A stretch of DNA of 64,000 nt from an uncultured Thermoleophilia bacterium (lineage in GTDB: Bacteria; Actinomycetota; Thermoleophilia; RBG-16-64-13), in NCBI GenBank assembly GCA_963772095.1, contig CAVYVU010000019.1, positions 12,239-76,238 on the forward strand, written 5' to 3'. Made by a program: the position numbers and the translations under genes. Within the stretch, counting starts at the first letter, position 1. Each line of letters starts with the position of its first letter. A model generated the notes under the pieces. The model had not been told where the DNA came from. It saw only the letters and a program-made list of their open reading frames with translations, and ran no database searches. Of the stretch, positions 9,702-19,486 are shown in pieces.

Positions 9702-10354
9702 CACTCGCCGTGGCTGACCTGCTGAGCGGCACTGACTACCCGTCGCGGTTTGGAAACGTGACCTTCAAGCGAGCACCAAGGGCGCACGAGCAGTTTGAGC
9801 AGTTGCCGTTCGGGAGTGACCCCAAAGACTAGAGTGCGTCGGATTCTTTGAGGTACACGGTATTGGACGCCGCGTTTTGCATGTGCCGACGCCGGTCGGC
9901 TTCGCTGTAGACACGGCGGGTGTGCGGCTCGCTTGTCCGAATGGGACGTCGAGAACGGCGTCGGGGTGTCGCGGATTATCTCTTCGACTTGTGCGGCAGG
10001 CGGTCCCAGGCCGCCCGCTCCGCTTCGTGAGGTCCAGCGGTTGCGGCTCCTTGAGGATGATGAGTCTTGTACAGTTCGATCAGGCGTTCGTAATCGACTG
10101 TCCTCAGTCATGCAGCCTCCTTTTTCGGCTGATCTTTGGTTCCCACATTGCGCGTTTCCGGCCCAAACCGGCTATCAGGCCAGGACCTTCTGCGCCCAGG
10201 TTAAGCGGCGCGACCGCCGGGCAGGAAGGCTCGATGGAGGCGCGGATCGCAGACCACCACCCAGCATGCGTGCCAGGCCCCAGCGCTCCAAGGGTGGGAC
10301 CGGCCAAGCGATAGCCATACCCCCGCAACGCCAGTTGGCCCTACCCCCCGCCCA

Positions 10355-10378
10355 CGTTATACTCCAGCACAGACAACG
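10355..10378. promoter_or_regulatory. ModE-type operator (box 1)
   Basis: CGTTATAC-N8-AGACAACG, about 100 nt upstream of the DUF364 gene. Confidence 0.65.
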
Positions 10379-10481
10379 AAGGCGCGGACGACGCAGGTTG
10401 TTCCCCCGCCGGGCGACGGCGCGGGCCAACCGAAGTTGTTCGCCTCGCCGGGAGCGAGCGACAGCTGAGAGGGCACCAGAC

Positions 10482-11264
10482 ATGACCGACAGCTGGACCA
10501 TCTACGATCGGCTTCTCGAGGAGTTGCCCGATAGCGGCATCGCCGATGCCTGCCTGGTGGGCAGGACCTGGACGCTCGTTCGCTCCGATGGCGTGGGCAT
10601 GGCGAAGAGCTTCCGCGACCCGGGACAGGCGCGCACGCTGAAATCTCCCATCGCCGGCACCCCGCGCAAAGAGTTGGCCGCTTACCTGAGAAGCTGGAAC
10701 CTGTTCGAGGCTGCTGTAGGTCTTGCCGCTGTCAATTCGTTCTTCAATGAGCCCGCCCGGGTCGAGAGTTGGCTGGGCCGGCCGTTGGCCGAGGTCGCAT
10801 CTGGTCCCGTGTTCGCGAAGATGGGGCCGGAGCTGGAGGGCAAGAAGGTCGTCGTTGTCGGCCACTTTCCCGATCTGGGCCAGCTCGCGGACCATTGCGA
10901 ACTCACCATCCTGGAGAGGAACCCTCAAAAAGGCGACCTGCCAGATTTTGCCGCCGAATATGTTCTACCGAGACAGGATTTCGTGTTCATCACCGGGACC
11001 GCTCTCATGAACAAGACCCTGCCCCGTCTGCTGGAGCTGGCTGCGCAGGCCCACGTGGTGCTGGTGGGACCGAGCGTGCCTCTCACCCCGCTCTGGTTCG
11101 ATTGGGGAGTGGACGTCCTCGCGGGGACCGTAGTGACGGACTCGGCGAGAGCCTGGGAGGCCACCCAGGAGGGCGGCAATCGAAGCGTCTTCGAGAACGG
11201 CGCGTCGATGGTGCACATTCGTCGGGGCGATGTGGCTCCGCGGACTGCGAGTCGACGTGTCTAG
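10482..11264 (+). CDS. DUF364 family protein (Rossmann-like, putative metal/cofactor binding)
   Basis: SWNLFEAAVGLAAVNS, KKVVVVGHFP, DFVFITGTALMNKTLPRLLEL, VLVGPSVP. Confidence 0.88.
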   Translation: MTDSWTIYDRLLEELPDSGIADACLVGRTWTLVRSDGVGMAKSFRDPGQARTLKSPIAGTPRKELAAYLRSWNLFEAAVGLAAVNSFFNEPARVESWLGRPLAEVASGPVFAKMGPELEGKKVVVVGHFPDLGQLADHCELTILERNPQKGDLPDFAAEYVLPRQDFVFITGTALMNKTLPRLLELAAQAHVVLVGPSVPLTPLWFDWGVDVLAGTVVTDSARAWEATQEGGNRSVFENGASMVHIRRGDVAPRTASRRV

Positions 11265-11268
11265 CGGC

Positions 11269-12375
11269 ATGATCGGGGCTGACCGGGCGGCGGACGAGAA
11301 CGCGACCCACGCCGGGGCGGCCGTTGGTCCCACGCCCGCGCCTGGGCTCCGCGCTCGCTTCAGGGTGGCCGCGGTGCGTTTGCGGCTGCCGGCCCTCATC
11401 ATCGTGCCCATCCTCGTCTTCGTACTGTCTCTGACCTTCGGGCGGTACCACGTCTCCATCCCGGAGCTGTTCCGGCTGTTCGGCACCAAGCTCGGCCTGG
11501 TGCACACCGCGGTGCCGGCGAACGTCAGCACGGTGATACTCAACGTCCGTCTGCCGCGGATCGTGGCTGCGATGCTGATCGGGGCGGGGCTCTCGATATC
11601 GGGCGGCGCGTACCAGGGCATGTTCCGCAACCCGTTGGTGTCGCCCGACATCCTGGGGGCCTCAGCGGGCGCGGGGTTCGGGGCGGCGCTCGGCATAATG
11701 CTGTCAAAAAGCGTTTTCGTCACTCAAATCCTGGCGCTTGCTTTTGGCCTTGCGGCGGTGCTCGTCACGTACATGTTGGCGGGGCGGCTGCGGCGGGGAG
11801 ATCCCACACTGTTTCTGGTGCTCACGGGGATCTTGGTGGGCACCGTCTTCACCTCGCTCATCTCGGTGCTGAAAGTCCTCGCCGATCCTTACGACAAGCT
11901 TCCGGCCATCACCTTCTGGCTGATGGGGAGCCTGGCCGCGATCAACAGGCAGGACTTGCTGATCCTTGCCGGGCCCATGGTGGTGGGCGGGACGGCGCTC
12001 CTGCTCGTCCGTTGGCACTTGAACCCCCTGTCGTTCGGGGACGAGGAGGCGCAGGCGATGGGCGCGGAGACCGGCAAGATGCGGATAATCGTGATCGGCG
12101 CCTGCACGCTGATGACGGCGGCCGCTGTGAGTGTGGCCGGGATCATCGGCTGGGTGGGGCTGATCATGCCGCACCTGGCTCGCGGCCTGGTGGGTCCCGA
12201 CTACGGGCGGCTCCTGCCGGTTTCGGCGGTGCTGGGCGGCGTCTACCTGGTGTTGGTGGACGACCTGGCGCGTATGGCCGGGCCGCTCGAGATGCCCCTG
12301 GGCATCTTGACCGCGCTCATCGGCGCGCCGTTCTTCATTTTTCTGCTCGCCCGCACCAGGAGGGCGTGGGCGTGA
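11269..12375 (+). CDS. FecCD/BtuC-type (type II) ABC permease
   Basis: VRLPRIVAA, YQGMFRNPLVSPDILG, DEEAQAMG, GIIGWVGLIMPH. Confidence 0.93.
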   Translation: MIGADRAADENATHAGAAVGPTPAPGLRARFRVAAVRLRLPALIIVPILVFVLSLTFGRYHVSIPELFRLFGTKLGLVHTAVPANVSTVILNVRLPRIVAAMLIGAGLSISGGAYQGMFRNPLVSPDILGASAGAGFGAALGIMLSKSVFVTQILALAFGLAAVLVTYMLAGRLRRGDPTLFLVLTGILVGTVFTSLISVLKVLADPYDKLPAITFWLMGSLAAINRQDLLILAGPMVVGGTALLLVRWHLNPLSFGDEEAQAMGAETGKMRIIVIGACTLMTAAAVSVAGIIGWVGLIMPHLARGLVGPDYGRLLPVSAVLGGVYLVLVDDLARMAGPLEMPLGILTALIGAPFFIFLLARTRRAWA

Positions 12376-13157
12376 TCCTCGAGCTAAGAGACATCGCCTG
12401 CGGCTACGGGCAGCGGACGGTGCTGAGCGGGGTGAGCCTCTCCATCGAGCCCGGCGAGAACCTATGCCTGCTCGGCCCTAATGGCGTGGGCAAGACCACG
12501 CTGTTCCGCACCATCTTGGGGGCCATCCAGCCCCAACGTGGCGAGGTGCTGGTGGATGGCAAGAGCATCCTCACTCTTCCCCGCCGGCGGCGCGCCCGTC
12601 TCCTCGCCTACGTCCCCCAAGCCCACACGGCGCCATTCCCCTTCCACGTGCTCGACGTGGTGCTCACCGGCCGCACGGCGCACATCCCGCTCACGTCCAG
12701 CCCTTCCACCCACGACGAGTCGGTGGCCCGAGCATCCTTGGACAGGATGGGCATCGAGGACCTCGCGGACCGGCCGTATACGGAACTGAGTGGCGGCGAG
12801 CGACAGCTGGTCTTGATCGCGCGGGCCCTGGCGCAGGAGCCTCGCGTGCTCATCATGGACGAGCCGTCTTCCCACCTCGACTTCGGCAATCAGGCCCGGC
12901 TGTTGTCGTTGATCAGATCCCTCGTTCACGAGCGGGATCTGGCCGTGCTGATGTCGTCACACTTCCCCAACCACGCCTTCGCCTGCGCCTCGAAGGTCGG
13001 CCTGATCAAGGATGGCAGGCTGATCGCTCTGGGCGATCCGGGCACGGTGCTTACCGAGGCCAGTCTCGAGGACATCTACGGCATCCCCGTCCGCATCCTC
13101 GAGGGTGACCCGCTCACCGATCCTTCGCTGAAGGTCTGCGCGGCCCGCACCGTCTGA
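12372..13157 (+). CDS. Type II ABC transporter ATPase
   Basis: GPNGVGKTT, LSGGERQ, IMDEPSSHLD; GTGA overlap with the permease. Confidence 0.93.
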   Translation: MILELRDIACGYGQRTVLSGVSLSIEPGENLCLLGPNGVGKTTLFRTILGAIQPQRGEVLVDGKSILTLPRRRRARLLAYVPQAHTAPFPFHVLDVVLTGRTAHIPLTSSPSTHDESVARASLDRMGIEDLADRPYTELSGGERQLVLIARALAQEPRVLIMDEPSSHLDFGNQARLLSLIRSLVHERDLAVLMSSHFPNHAFACASKVGLIKDGRLIALGDPGTVLTEASLEDIYGIPVRILEGDPLTDPSLKVCAARTV

Positions 13158-13254
13158 GCCGGTCCGCTCCCCGGCGGGCCCGGCGGGTGCTTCGTGGCGG
13201 CCGATGCTTCATGCGCAACACTTCGCGGGCCTCTTGCCTTGCGGCCTCACAAAC

Positions 13255-13278
13255 CGTTATACTGCGAAACGGATTACG
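13255..13278. promoter_or_regulatory. ModE-type operator (box 2)
   Basis: CGTTATAC-N8-GGATTACG, 50 nt upstream of the substrate-binding protein start. Confidence 0.65.
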
Positions 13279-13328
13279 ACCTGGACGTGATCCCACGGTT
13301 CGCAACAAACCCGCAAGAGGGGAAACAA

Positions 13329-14557
13329 GTGGCCTCAAGGCAGCAGTCGATACCGAGTTCCGGTGGTGATGGGACAAGGACGGCTTCACGAGGGCGTCGC
13401 CGGATGACGCCTCTCGGAGTGTCGGCCCTCACGTCCCTGGTGGTCGTGCTGCTTGTCGTCGGCATCGCGGCGGTGGGCTGCGGTTCGTCGGCGGACACTG
13501 CCGGGACGCAAACCACCGGCAGCAGCCCCACCACGGCGGCCGGAGCGGCTCAAAGCAAAGTGACCATCACCGACCAAGCCGGGCGCAAGGTCACCATCCC
13601 CGACCCGATCAAGACCGTCTACTGCACGAGCCCGATGGGCACGAACCTCATTTACACGCTGGCCCCCGACATGCTCGTGGGCTGGAACATCTCGCCCACC
13701 GCCCTCGAGAAGGAGTACATCCCGGCGAAGTACCGGAACGTGGTGGGGCTGGGCGGGTGGTTCGGCAAGAACACCACCGGCAACGTGGAGGAGATCATCA
13801 AGCGGGCTCCGGATGTGGTGCTTCGATCTCGGCACGCTCGACTCCAGCTCGATCTCCGAGGCCGACCGCATCCAGGGCCTGCTCAACATCCCGGTGATCA
13901 TGGTCGACGGTAGTCTGGCCAAGACCGCGGAAACCTACCGGTACCTCGGCAAGCTGCTGGGCGTGGAGTCGAGAGGCGGAGGAGCTGGCCCAATACGCGG
14001 ACAAGATCTTGCAGGAAGCCGCGGCTAACAAGGCCAAGATCGCCGGATTCCAGACCGGGTCAGCGTCTACTACGCCGAGGGCGCGAAAGGCCTGAACACG
14101 GATCCCGAAGGCTCCGAGCACACCGAGGTGCTCGGTCTGATCGGGGCGAAGAACATCGCGCAGGTCCCGGTCGACCAGGCCGGCTACGGGATGTCCCCGG
14201 TCTCGCTGGAGCAGGTCATCGCCTGGGATCCCGCGGTGATCCTGGTGGCGAGCGACCCGGCCAACGAGAGTCAGGCCTACGACTTGATAACCAAGGGCAG
14301 CGACTGGGCGAACATCACGGCTGTCAAGACCAAGCAGGTCTATCAGATCCCGCACGGTCCTTTCGACTGGTTCGACCGTCCGCCCTGCGTCGGCCGGCTG
14401 CTGGGGATGGAGTGGCTGGGCAACCTGCTGTACCCGGACGTTTACAAGCTGGACATCAAGGCGGAGGTCAAGAACTTCTACAAAGTCTTCTATCACTACG
14501 ATCTGACCGACGACGCAACTGAGCAGTTTGATGGCAAGGGCATTACGCGCGCAGTGA
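13329..14557 (+). CDS. Type II ABC substrate-binding lipoprotein (about 4 frameshifts, likely errors)
   Basis: Lipobox AVGC, ITDQAGRKVTIP, NVEEII, VSLEQVIAWDP and VYQIPHGPFDWFDRPP spread over three ORF fragments; reconstructed stop at 14557. Confidence 0.8.
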
Positions 14558-14633
14558 CAGTGATGCACGGCGTGGCTCTGGCGCCTCGGGCGCCGGGGCA
14601 TGTGTTGACAAAAAGTCGAGGAGGAGGTTTTCG

Positions 14634-15161
14634 GTGAGTCCACGTTTTCGGAAGAACCTGGTAGCCATGGCGGTGCTCATGGCCGCTTTGGCGCTGGTTT
14701 TCGTTGTTGGGTGCGGTGGCTCGAGCGCCACCACGACGACTGTGGCCCCTGTCACCACTACGACCGCCGCCTCGACGGATACCACGGGCGGATCCGCGAG
14801 CGCCGCCAGCGGCACCATCACGGTCAAGGGCGCCGTGGACAACCCGGTGACGCTCAGCGCTGCCGACCTCCAGAAGATGACGGTCGTCAAGATCACCGCC
14901 GACCACCCGAAGCTGGGGACGCAAAACTACTCCGGGGTGCGTTTCAGCGAACTCCTGACTCTTTTCAAAGTCAAGTCCAGCGCGACGGTGGTTGACATCG
15001 GCGCGACGGACGGCTATATGGCCGAGATCGCCATCGCAGACATCCAGAAGACGCCGGATGCCCTCCTTGCCATCGGCGACGACGGCAAGCTCAACACCGT
15101 CATGCCGGGGATGCAGGGCAAGGCGTGGGTCAAAGACGCCGTGACGATGGAGTTCAAATAG
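14634..15161 (+). CDS. Lipoprotein with a small molybdopterin-oxidoreductase (sulfite-oxidase-fold) domain
   Basis: Lipobox VVGC, Thr-rich linker, then ITVKGAVDNPVTLS..DL, YSGVRFSELL, ATDGY, WVKD. Confidence 0.75.
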   Translation: MSPRFRKNLVAMAVLMAALALVFVVGCGGSSATTTTVAPVTTTTAASTDTTGGSASAASGTITVKGAVDNPVTLSAADLQKMTVVKITADHPKLGTQNYSGVRFSELLTLFKVKSSATVVDIGATDGYMAEIAIADIQKTPDALLAIGDDGKLNTVMPGMQGKAWVKDAVTMEFK

Positions 15162-15204
15162 CCATGACCGCTCCGTGCACCGGGAAAGGGAGCGTTCGGT
15201 AGCG

Positions 15205-16299
15205 ATGCGACAGACCGCCTGGCGCTCGACTCTGCTGCTCCTCCTGGCGCTCCTCCTGGCGCTGTCGGCTGCCGGGCTTGCCGCGGGGTGTGGTGCGGCC
15301 AGCAGCGAGGTCGGCCCCGCCACGACCGGCACCCCCGGTGCAGCTTTTGCCACATCGGCCGCCGGGTCGGCCTCCACCCCGGCGGCGAACACCGCGGCCC
15401 AGGCGCAGGTTCTGCAAGTGATCGGGCCGGCAGGCGAGAAGTCCTTCACGGTCGCCGACCTGGAGAAGATGCCGGCTATTGAGGGCTACGGCGGCTACAC
15501 GTGCCCGCCTCAACCGGGAGTGACAGGGCCCGCCAAGTACAAGGGCGTCGCCCTCGAGCAGTTGCTGAAGGCAGTCGGCGGGCTGCCGGCCGACAGTGCT
15601 GTGAGTCTGGCGGCCAGCGATGGCTACGTCATGACGTTCACCACGGATCAGATCCTGAAGGGAAGCTTCACCACGTACGATCCGGTGAAGGGAACGCCTC
15701 AGCAGACCAACGTGCCGGTGCGACTCATGCTCACCTACCAGAGCGAGGGCAAGCCGCTGGACGCCGATGAGGGCCCATTCCGGCTGCTCTTTGTCACCGA
15801 CAAGCCCGAGCAGGTGGTCGAGGGGTTCCTGTGTGTGAAGTGGACCAAACGGATCAAGGTGCAAAGTCTTGCGGCCGATTGGACGCTGCAATTGAGCGGC
15901 GCCAAGAGCATGGTGCTGGACCGAGGTTCTTTCGCGGCGATCGTCAGCGCCGCCAACCTCCAGACGTCGTGGAAAGACATAAACGGCAGAACGTGGACCG
16001 GCATTCCATTGTGGGTCTTGGTGGGGCTGATCGACGGCAAGACGAACGTCGATGCCGGATCGTTCGACAAAGATCTTGCCGCCGCCGGCTACCAGATCCA
16101 GGTAATTGACACGGATGGCGCGAGCGTGACGCTCGATTCGGCCAAGATCGCCATGAGCAACGACTACATCGTCGCCAACGCCATGGAAGGGAACCCCCTG
16201 GGAGACAGTGAGTTCCCGCTCCGGCTCGTCGGCGCCGGTCCCACCAACGCCCAAATGGTGAATGGTATCAAGGAAATACGGCTGCTTCTGCCCCACTAG
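15205..16299 (+). CDS. Lipoprotein with two molybdopterin-oxidoreductase-like domains
   Basis: Lipobox AAGC; YKGVALEQLL...ASDGY...GPFRL...CVKW and WTGIPLW...DTDG...FPLRLVG. Confidence 0.72.
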   Translation: MRQTAWRSTLLLLLALLLALSAAGLAAGCGAASSEVGPATTGTPGAAFATSAAGSASTPAANTAAQAQVLQVIGPAGEKSFTVADLEKMPAIEGYGGYTCPPQPGVTGPAKYKGVALEQLLKAVGGLPADSAVSLAASDGYVMTFTTDQILKGSFTTYDPVKGTPQQTNVPVRLMLTYQSEGKPLDADEGPFRLLFVTDKPEQVVEGFLCVKWTKRIKVQSLAADWTLQLSGAKSMVLDRGSFAAIVSAANLQTSWKDINGRTWTGIPLWVLVGLIDGKTNVDAGSFDKDLAAAGYQIQVIDTDGASVTLDSAKIAMSNDYIVANAMEGNPLGDSEFPLRLVGAGPTNAQMVNGIKEIRLLLPH

Positions 16300-16359
16300 G
16301 CCGCGGCCGGTGGGAGAATGAAGCTCCCACAGAAGAACGAGAGTAGGCGGGAGGCCGCG

Positions 16360-16905
16360 ATGCGCACATTAGAGGAAGATCTCGCTGCTGCCCAGACTTT
16401 CCACGGGCACCTGTGCCACGGCATGGTGATGGGGGTGCGGATGGCCCGTTACGGTTGCCGCGCGCTGGGGATAGAAGACCCGCGCAGCTACCGGGACCTG
16501 ATCGTGTACGTGGAAATGGACCGTTGTGCCACGGACGCAGTGAGCGTGGTGGCCGGCGTCACCCTCGGCCGGCGGCGACTCAAATGGATCGACTACGGCA
16601 AGATGGCTGCCACCTTCGTAGACATAGCCACCGATCGTGCCGTCCGCTTGGCGCCCAGGCCTGAAGTGCCGCACGCGGGAGCGGACGACGATCCCCTGAC
16701 CTTATGGAGTGACTGGACGGACGACCAATTGTTCAGCTGCACGCCGGTCACGTTGATCGTCCCGGAGGAAGACCGGCCCGGTGCCCCTTTGAGCAACGTG
16801 CACTGCGCTCGCTGTAACGAGAAGATCCAGGATCGCCGCGAGGTCGTGCGCGACGGGGAAGCCCTCTGCCGCGCATGCGCCAACGGGGCGTACTACCAGA
16901 GTTGA
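16360..16905 (+). CDS. FmdE family protein with C-terminal zinc finger
   Basis: FHGHLCHGMVMG, EMDRCATDA, DYGKMAATF, CARC...CRAC. Confidence 0.9.
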   Translation: MRTLEEDLAAAQTFHGHLCHGMVMGVRMARYGCRALGIEDPRSYRDLIVYVEMDRCATDAVSVVAGVTLGRRRLKWIDYGKMAATFVDIATDRAVRLAPRPEVPHAGADDDPLTLWSDWTDDQLFSCTPVTLIVPEEDRPGAPLSNVHCARCNEKIQDRREVVRDGEALCRACANGAYYQS

Positions 16906-16984
16906 GGGAACCAGTGTTGGAAAGCGCGTCGTCACGGCCGTGGGCCGTTTGTCCCAAGAAAGGGTTGCTTCGGCTCAGAAGTAG

Positions 16985-17010
16985 GCGTTATACTGCGCAC
17001 GGTATAACGC
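16985..17010. promoter_or_regulatory. ModE-type operator (box 3, perfect inverted repeat)
   Basis: GCGTTATAC-N8-GTATAACGC immediately upstream of modA. Confidence 0.85.
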
Positions 17011-17032
17011 AAGCCTAAGCAAGGAGTCCCAG

Positions 17033-17944
17033 ATGCAGAGTAAGTTCTTCCGCAGAACCCTTCCCGTGGCCGTTGTGTTCGCGCTGCTGGTGATCCTGGC
17101 ATTTGCGCTGGCTGCCTGCGGGTCGGCGACGAATAGCAGTTCCACCGTCTCGTCCGCTGTCGCCACCACCGTCGCGTCAGTGACGACGGCCCCGCCGACG
17201 ACAGCTCCCCCCACGACCACCGCCACCCCCACCACAAGCGCGGCCGTCCAGCCTCTGCTCGTGTCGGCGGCCGCCAGTCTCCGGAACGCCTTCGCTGAGA
17301 TAGGCAAGGTCTTCGACCAGGCGAACAACGCGAAGACCACCTTCAACTTCGACGCCTCCGGCACCTTGCAGAAGCAGATCGAAGGCGGGGCGCCGGTAGA
17401 CGTGTTCGCCTCCGCGGCTCCCACCCAGGTGAACAACCTGCTGAAGGAGAACCTGGTCGATCCGGCTTCGGTCAAGACCTTCGCCAGTAACGAGATCGTC
17501 CTCGTCGTTCCGGCGGGCTCGAAGCTGGGCATCACGAGCTTCCAGGACCTCACCAAGGCCAACGTCAAGAAGATCGCCACCGGCGACCCGGCGGTGGCTC
17601 CCCACGGCAAGGCCGCCATTGAGATCCTCACCAAGTTGAACCTGCTCACCGCTGTCAAGCCCAAGCTCATTTATGCGCCGAACGTCTCGCAGACGCTGGA
17701 CTACGTGGTCCGCGGAGAGGTAGACGCCGGCATCCTGTTCGTCACCGATGCCAAGGCCGGGGGCGACAAAGTCAAAGTGGTGGCCACCTCCGATCCGAGC
17801 TGGCACAGCCCGATCGCGTACGTCATGGCTGTCGCGGCCAGCAAGGTCAAGACCCTAGGCCAGGCCTTCATCGACTACGTCGCCAGCCCGGCTGGCCAGG
17901 CGGTCCTGCAAAAATACGGGTTCTTGAGCCCGCCGGCTAACTAG
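17033..17944 (+). CDS. modA: Molybdate ABC substrate-binding lipoprotein
   Basis: SAAASL, ASGTLQKQIEGGAPVDVFASA, APHGKAA. Confidence 0.95.
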   Translation: MQSKFFRRTLPVAVVFALLVILAFALAACGSATNSSSTVSSAVATTVASVTTAPPTTAPPTTTATPTTSAAVQPLLVSAAASLRNAFAEIGKVFDQANNAKTTFNFDASGTLQKQIEGGAPVDVFASAAPTQVNNLLKENLVDPASVKTFASNEIVLVVPAGSKLGITSFQDLTKANVKKIATGDPAVAPHGKAAIEILTKLNLLTAVKPKLIYAPNVSQTLDYVVRGEVDAGILFVTDAKAGGDKVKVVATSDPSWHSPIAYVMAVAASKVKTLGQAFIDYVASPAGQAVLQKYGFLSPPAN

Positions 17945-17990
17945 GAGCAAGAAGAGCCATGTCACATGCAGGGGAAAGGGTGCGAGTGCG

Positions 17991-18662
17991 ATGAGCGTGC
18001 TCTTTCCCCTGCGTCTTTCTCTGCAGGTTGCCGTCTGCGCCACCGCGGTCACGTTGCTCCTGGGCATACCCCTCGCCTATATATTGGCTCGGAAGCGTTT
18101 CAAAGGCAGGGAGCTACTCGACCTTTTCCTGACAATACCCATGGTGCTCCCGCCGGTGGTCACGGGTTACTTCCTGGTGCTCCTGATAGGCCGCAACGGC
18201 GTTCTCGGGAAGGCCCTCTATGCCCTCACCGGCCATGAGGTCAGTTTGCTCTTCACCTGGTACGCTGCTGTGATCGCCTCGTTTATCGTGTCCTTCCCGT
18301 TCATGATCAAGACCGCGCGGGCCTCGATGGAATCCGTTGATCAAGAACTCGTGAACGCCTCATACATGCTCGGCCGTTCCGAGACCCAGACCGCTCTGCG
18401 TATCGTCATCCCTCTCTCTGCAAGAGGGATCATAGCCGGGGGGACTCTGGCCTTCGCCCGAGCCATGGGTGAGTTCGGAGCCACCATCATGGTGGCCGGC
18501 AATATCCCCGGCAAGACCAACACCATGCCTATCGCCATCTTTAGCGAGACCCAAGGCGGGTCTTGGGGGGCGGGGCTGTGGATGGTGCTGGTACTCGTCT
18601 TCGTCTCGGGAGCCGTGATGTACATCTCAAATCGTCTTGGGCGGAGGGCGGTACCGGCATGA
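17991..18662 (+). CDS. modB: Molybdate ABC permease
   Basis: PMVLPPVVTG, FARAMGEFGATIMVAGNIPG. Confidence 0.95.
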   Translation: MSVLFPLRLSLQVAVCATAVTLLLGIPLAYILARKRFKGRELLDLFLTIPMVLPPVVTGYFLVLLIGRNGVLGKALYALTGHEVSLLFTWYAAVIASFIVSFPFMIKTARASMESVDQELVNASYMLGRSETQTALRIVIPLSARGIIAGGTLAFARAMGEFGATIMVAGNIPGKTNTMPIAIFSETQGGSWGAGLWMVLVLVFVSGAVMYISNRLGRRAVPA

Positions 18663-19405
18663 GGACGGAACCGCGACTAGACGTCCGGCTCTTCAAGGAA
18701 GTGGAGGGCTTCACCCTCGATGTCTCGTGGCAGATCTCGAACGAGCTGGCGGTCCTCTTCGGCTACTCGGGCTCCGGCAAATCCATGACCCTTCGCATGA
18801 TCGCGGGCCTGGTCAAGCCTGACGCCGGTCGGGTGACGCTTGATGGCGAGGTTCTTCTGGATAGCCAAGAGCGTTGCTGGGTCCCGCCTCAGGCGCGGCA
18901 GTTCGGTTACGTTGGCCAGGATCTGGCGTTGTTCCCACACATGAACGTCGCGGCCAATATCGCCTATGGGCTTAGGGGGGTCAGCAGGGACGAACAACAT
19001 GAGCGCGTCGGTAAGTTGCTGGAGCTATTCCATCTCATCGGGCTGGGGAAGCGGTTGCCTCGGGAGATATCCGGTGGCCAGCGACAACGCGTGGCCCTGG
19101 CGAGAGCGCTCGCTCGTGGCCCCAAAGCCTTACTCCTCGACGAGCCGTTTTCGTCGCTCGACGTGCCGTTGAAGAACGAGCTCTGGGATGTGATCCGAGA
19201 GGTGCGCGAGAAATTCCATATCCCAATTCTCCTCGTCACCCACGACCCCTTCGATGCGCGGACGATGGCGGACCGGATTATTGTCTACCGCTCTGGGAAG
19301 GTGGTCCGGAGCGGACCCCCGGGGGAGGTCCTTCGTCACCCGGATTCCCCGGAGATCGACACTCTCCTCACCGGTTGGAAGGAAACGACGGTAGGGATAG
19401 CGTAG
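18659..19405 (+). CDS. modC: Molybdate ABC ATPase
   Basis: GYSGSGKS, ISGGQRQRVALARAL, LLDEPFSSLD. Confidence 0.92.
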   Translation: MRTEPRLDVRLFKEVEGFTLDVSWQISNELAVLFGYSGSGKSMTLRMIAGLVKPDAGRVTLDGEVLLDSQERCWVPPQARQFGYVGQDLALFPHMNVAANIAYGLRGVSRDEQHERVGKLLELFHLIGLGKRLPREISGGQRQRVALARALARGPKALLLDEPFSSLDVPLKNELWDVIREVREKFHIPILLVTHDPFDARTMADRIIVYRSGKVVRSGPPGEVLRHPDSPEIDTLLTGWKETTVGIA

Positions 19406-19486
19406 CAGCAGCTTCACGATGCGGCAGGCGTTTCCTCTGCTGGGAAGTCGACGCAATGTGCAGTCCAACTGGGATCGAGGTTCGTC

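Noticed and set aside
10469-10478. GAGGGCACCA matching the tRNA 3' end as an att site
   Set aside because: Only 10 bp, upstream of the tRNA, and doubles as the DUF364 RBS region; likely chance.
10380-10480. Structured GC-rich leader before DUF364 as a Moco or cobalamin riboswitch
   Set aside because: I could not match conserved riboswitch motifs; the ModE box already explains regulation. An Rfam scan would settle it.
9933-10481. Long N-terminal extension of DUF364
   Set aside because: No family similarity, and it spans the ModE box; the real start is ATG 10482.
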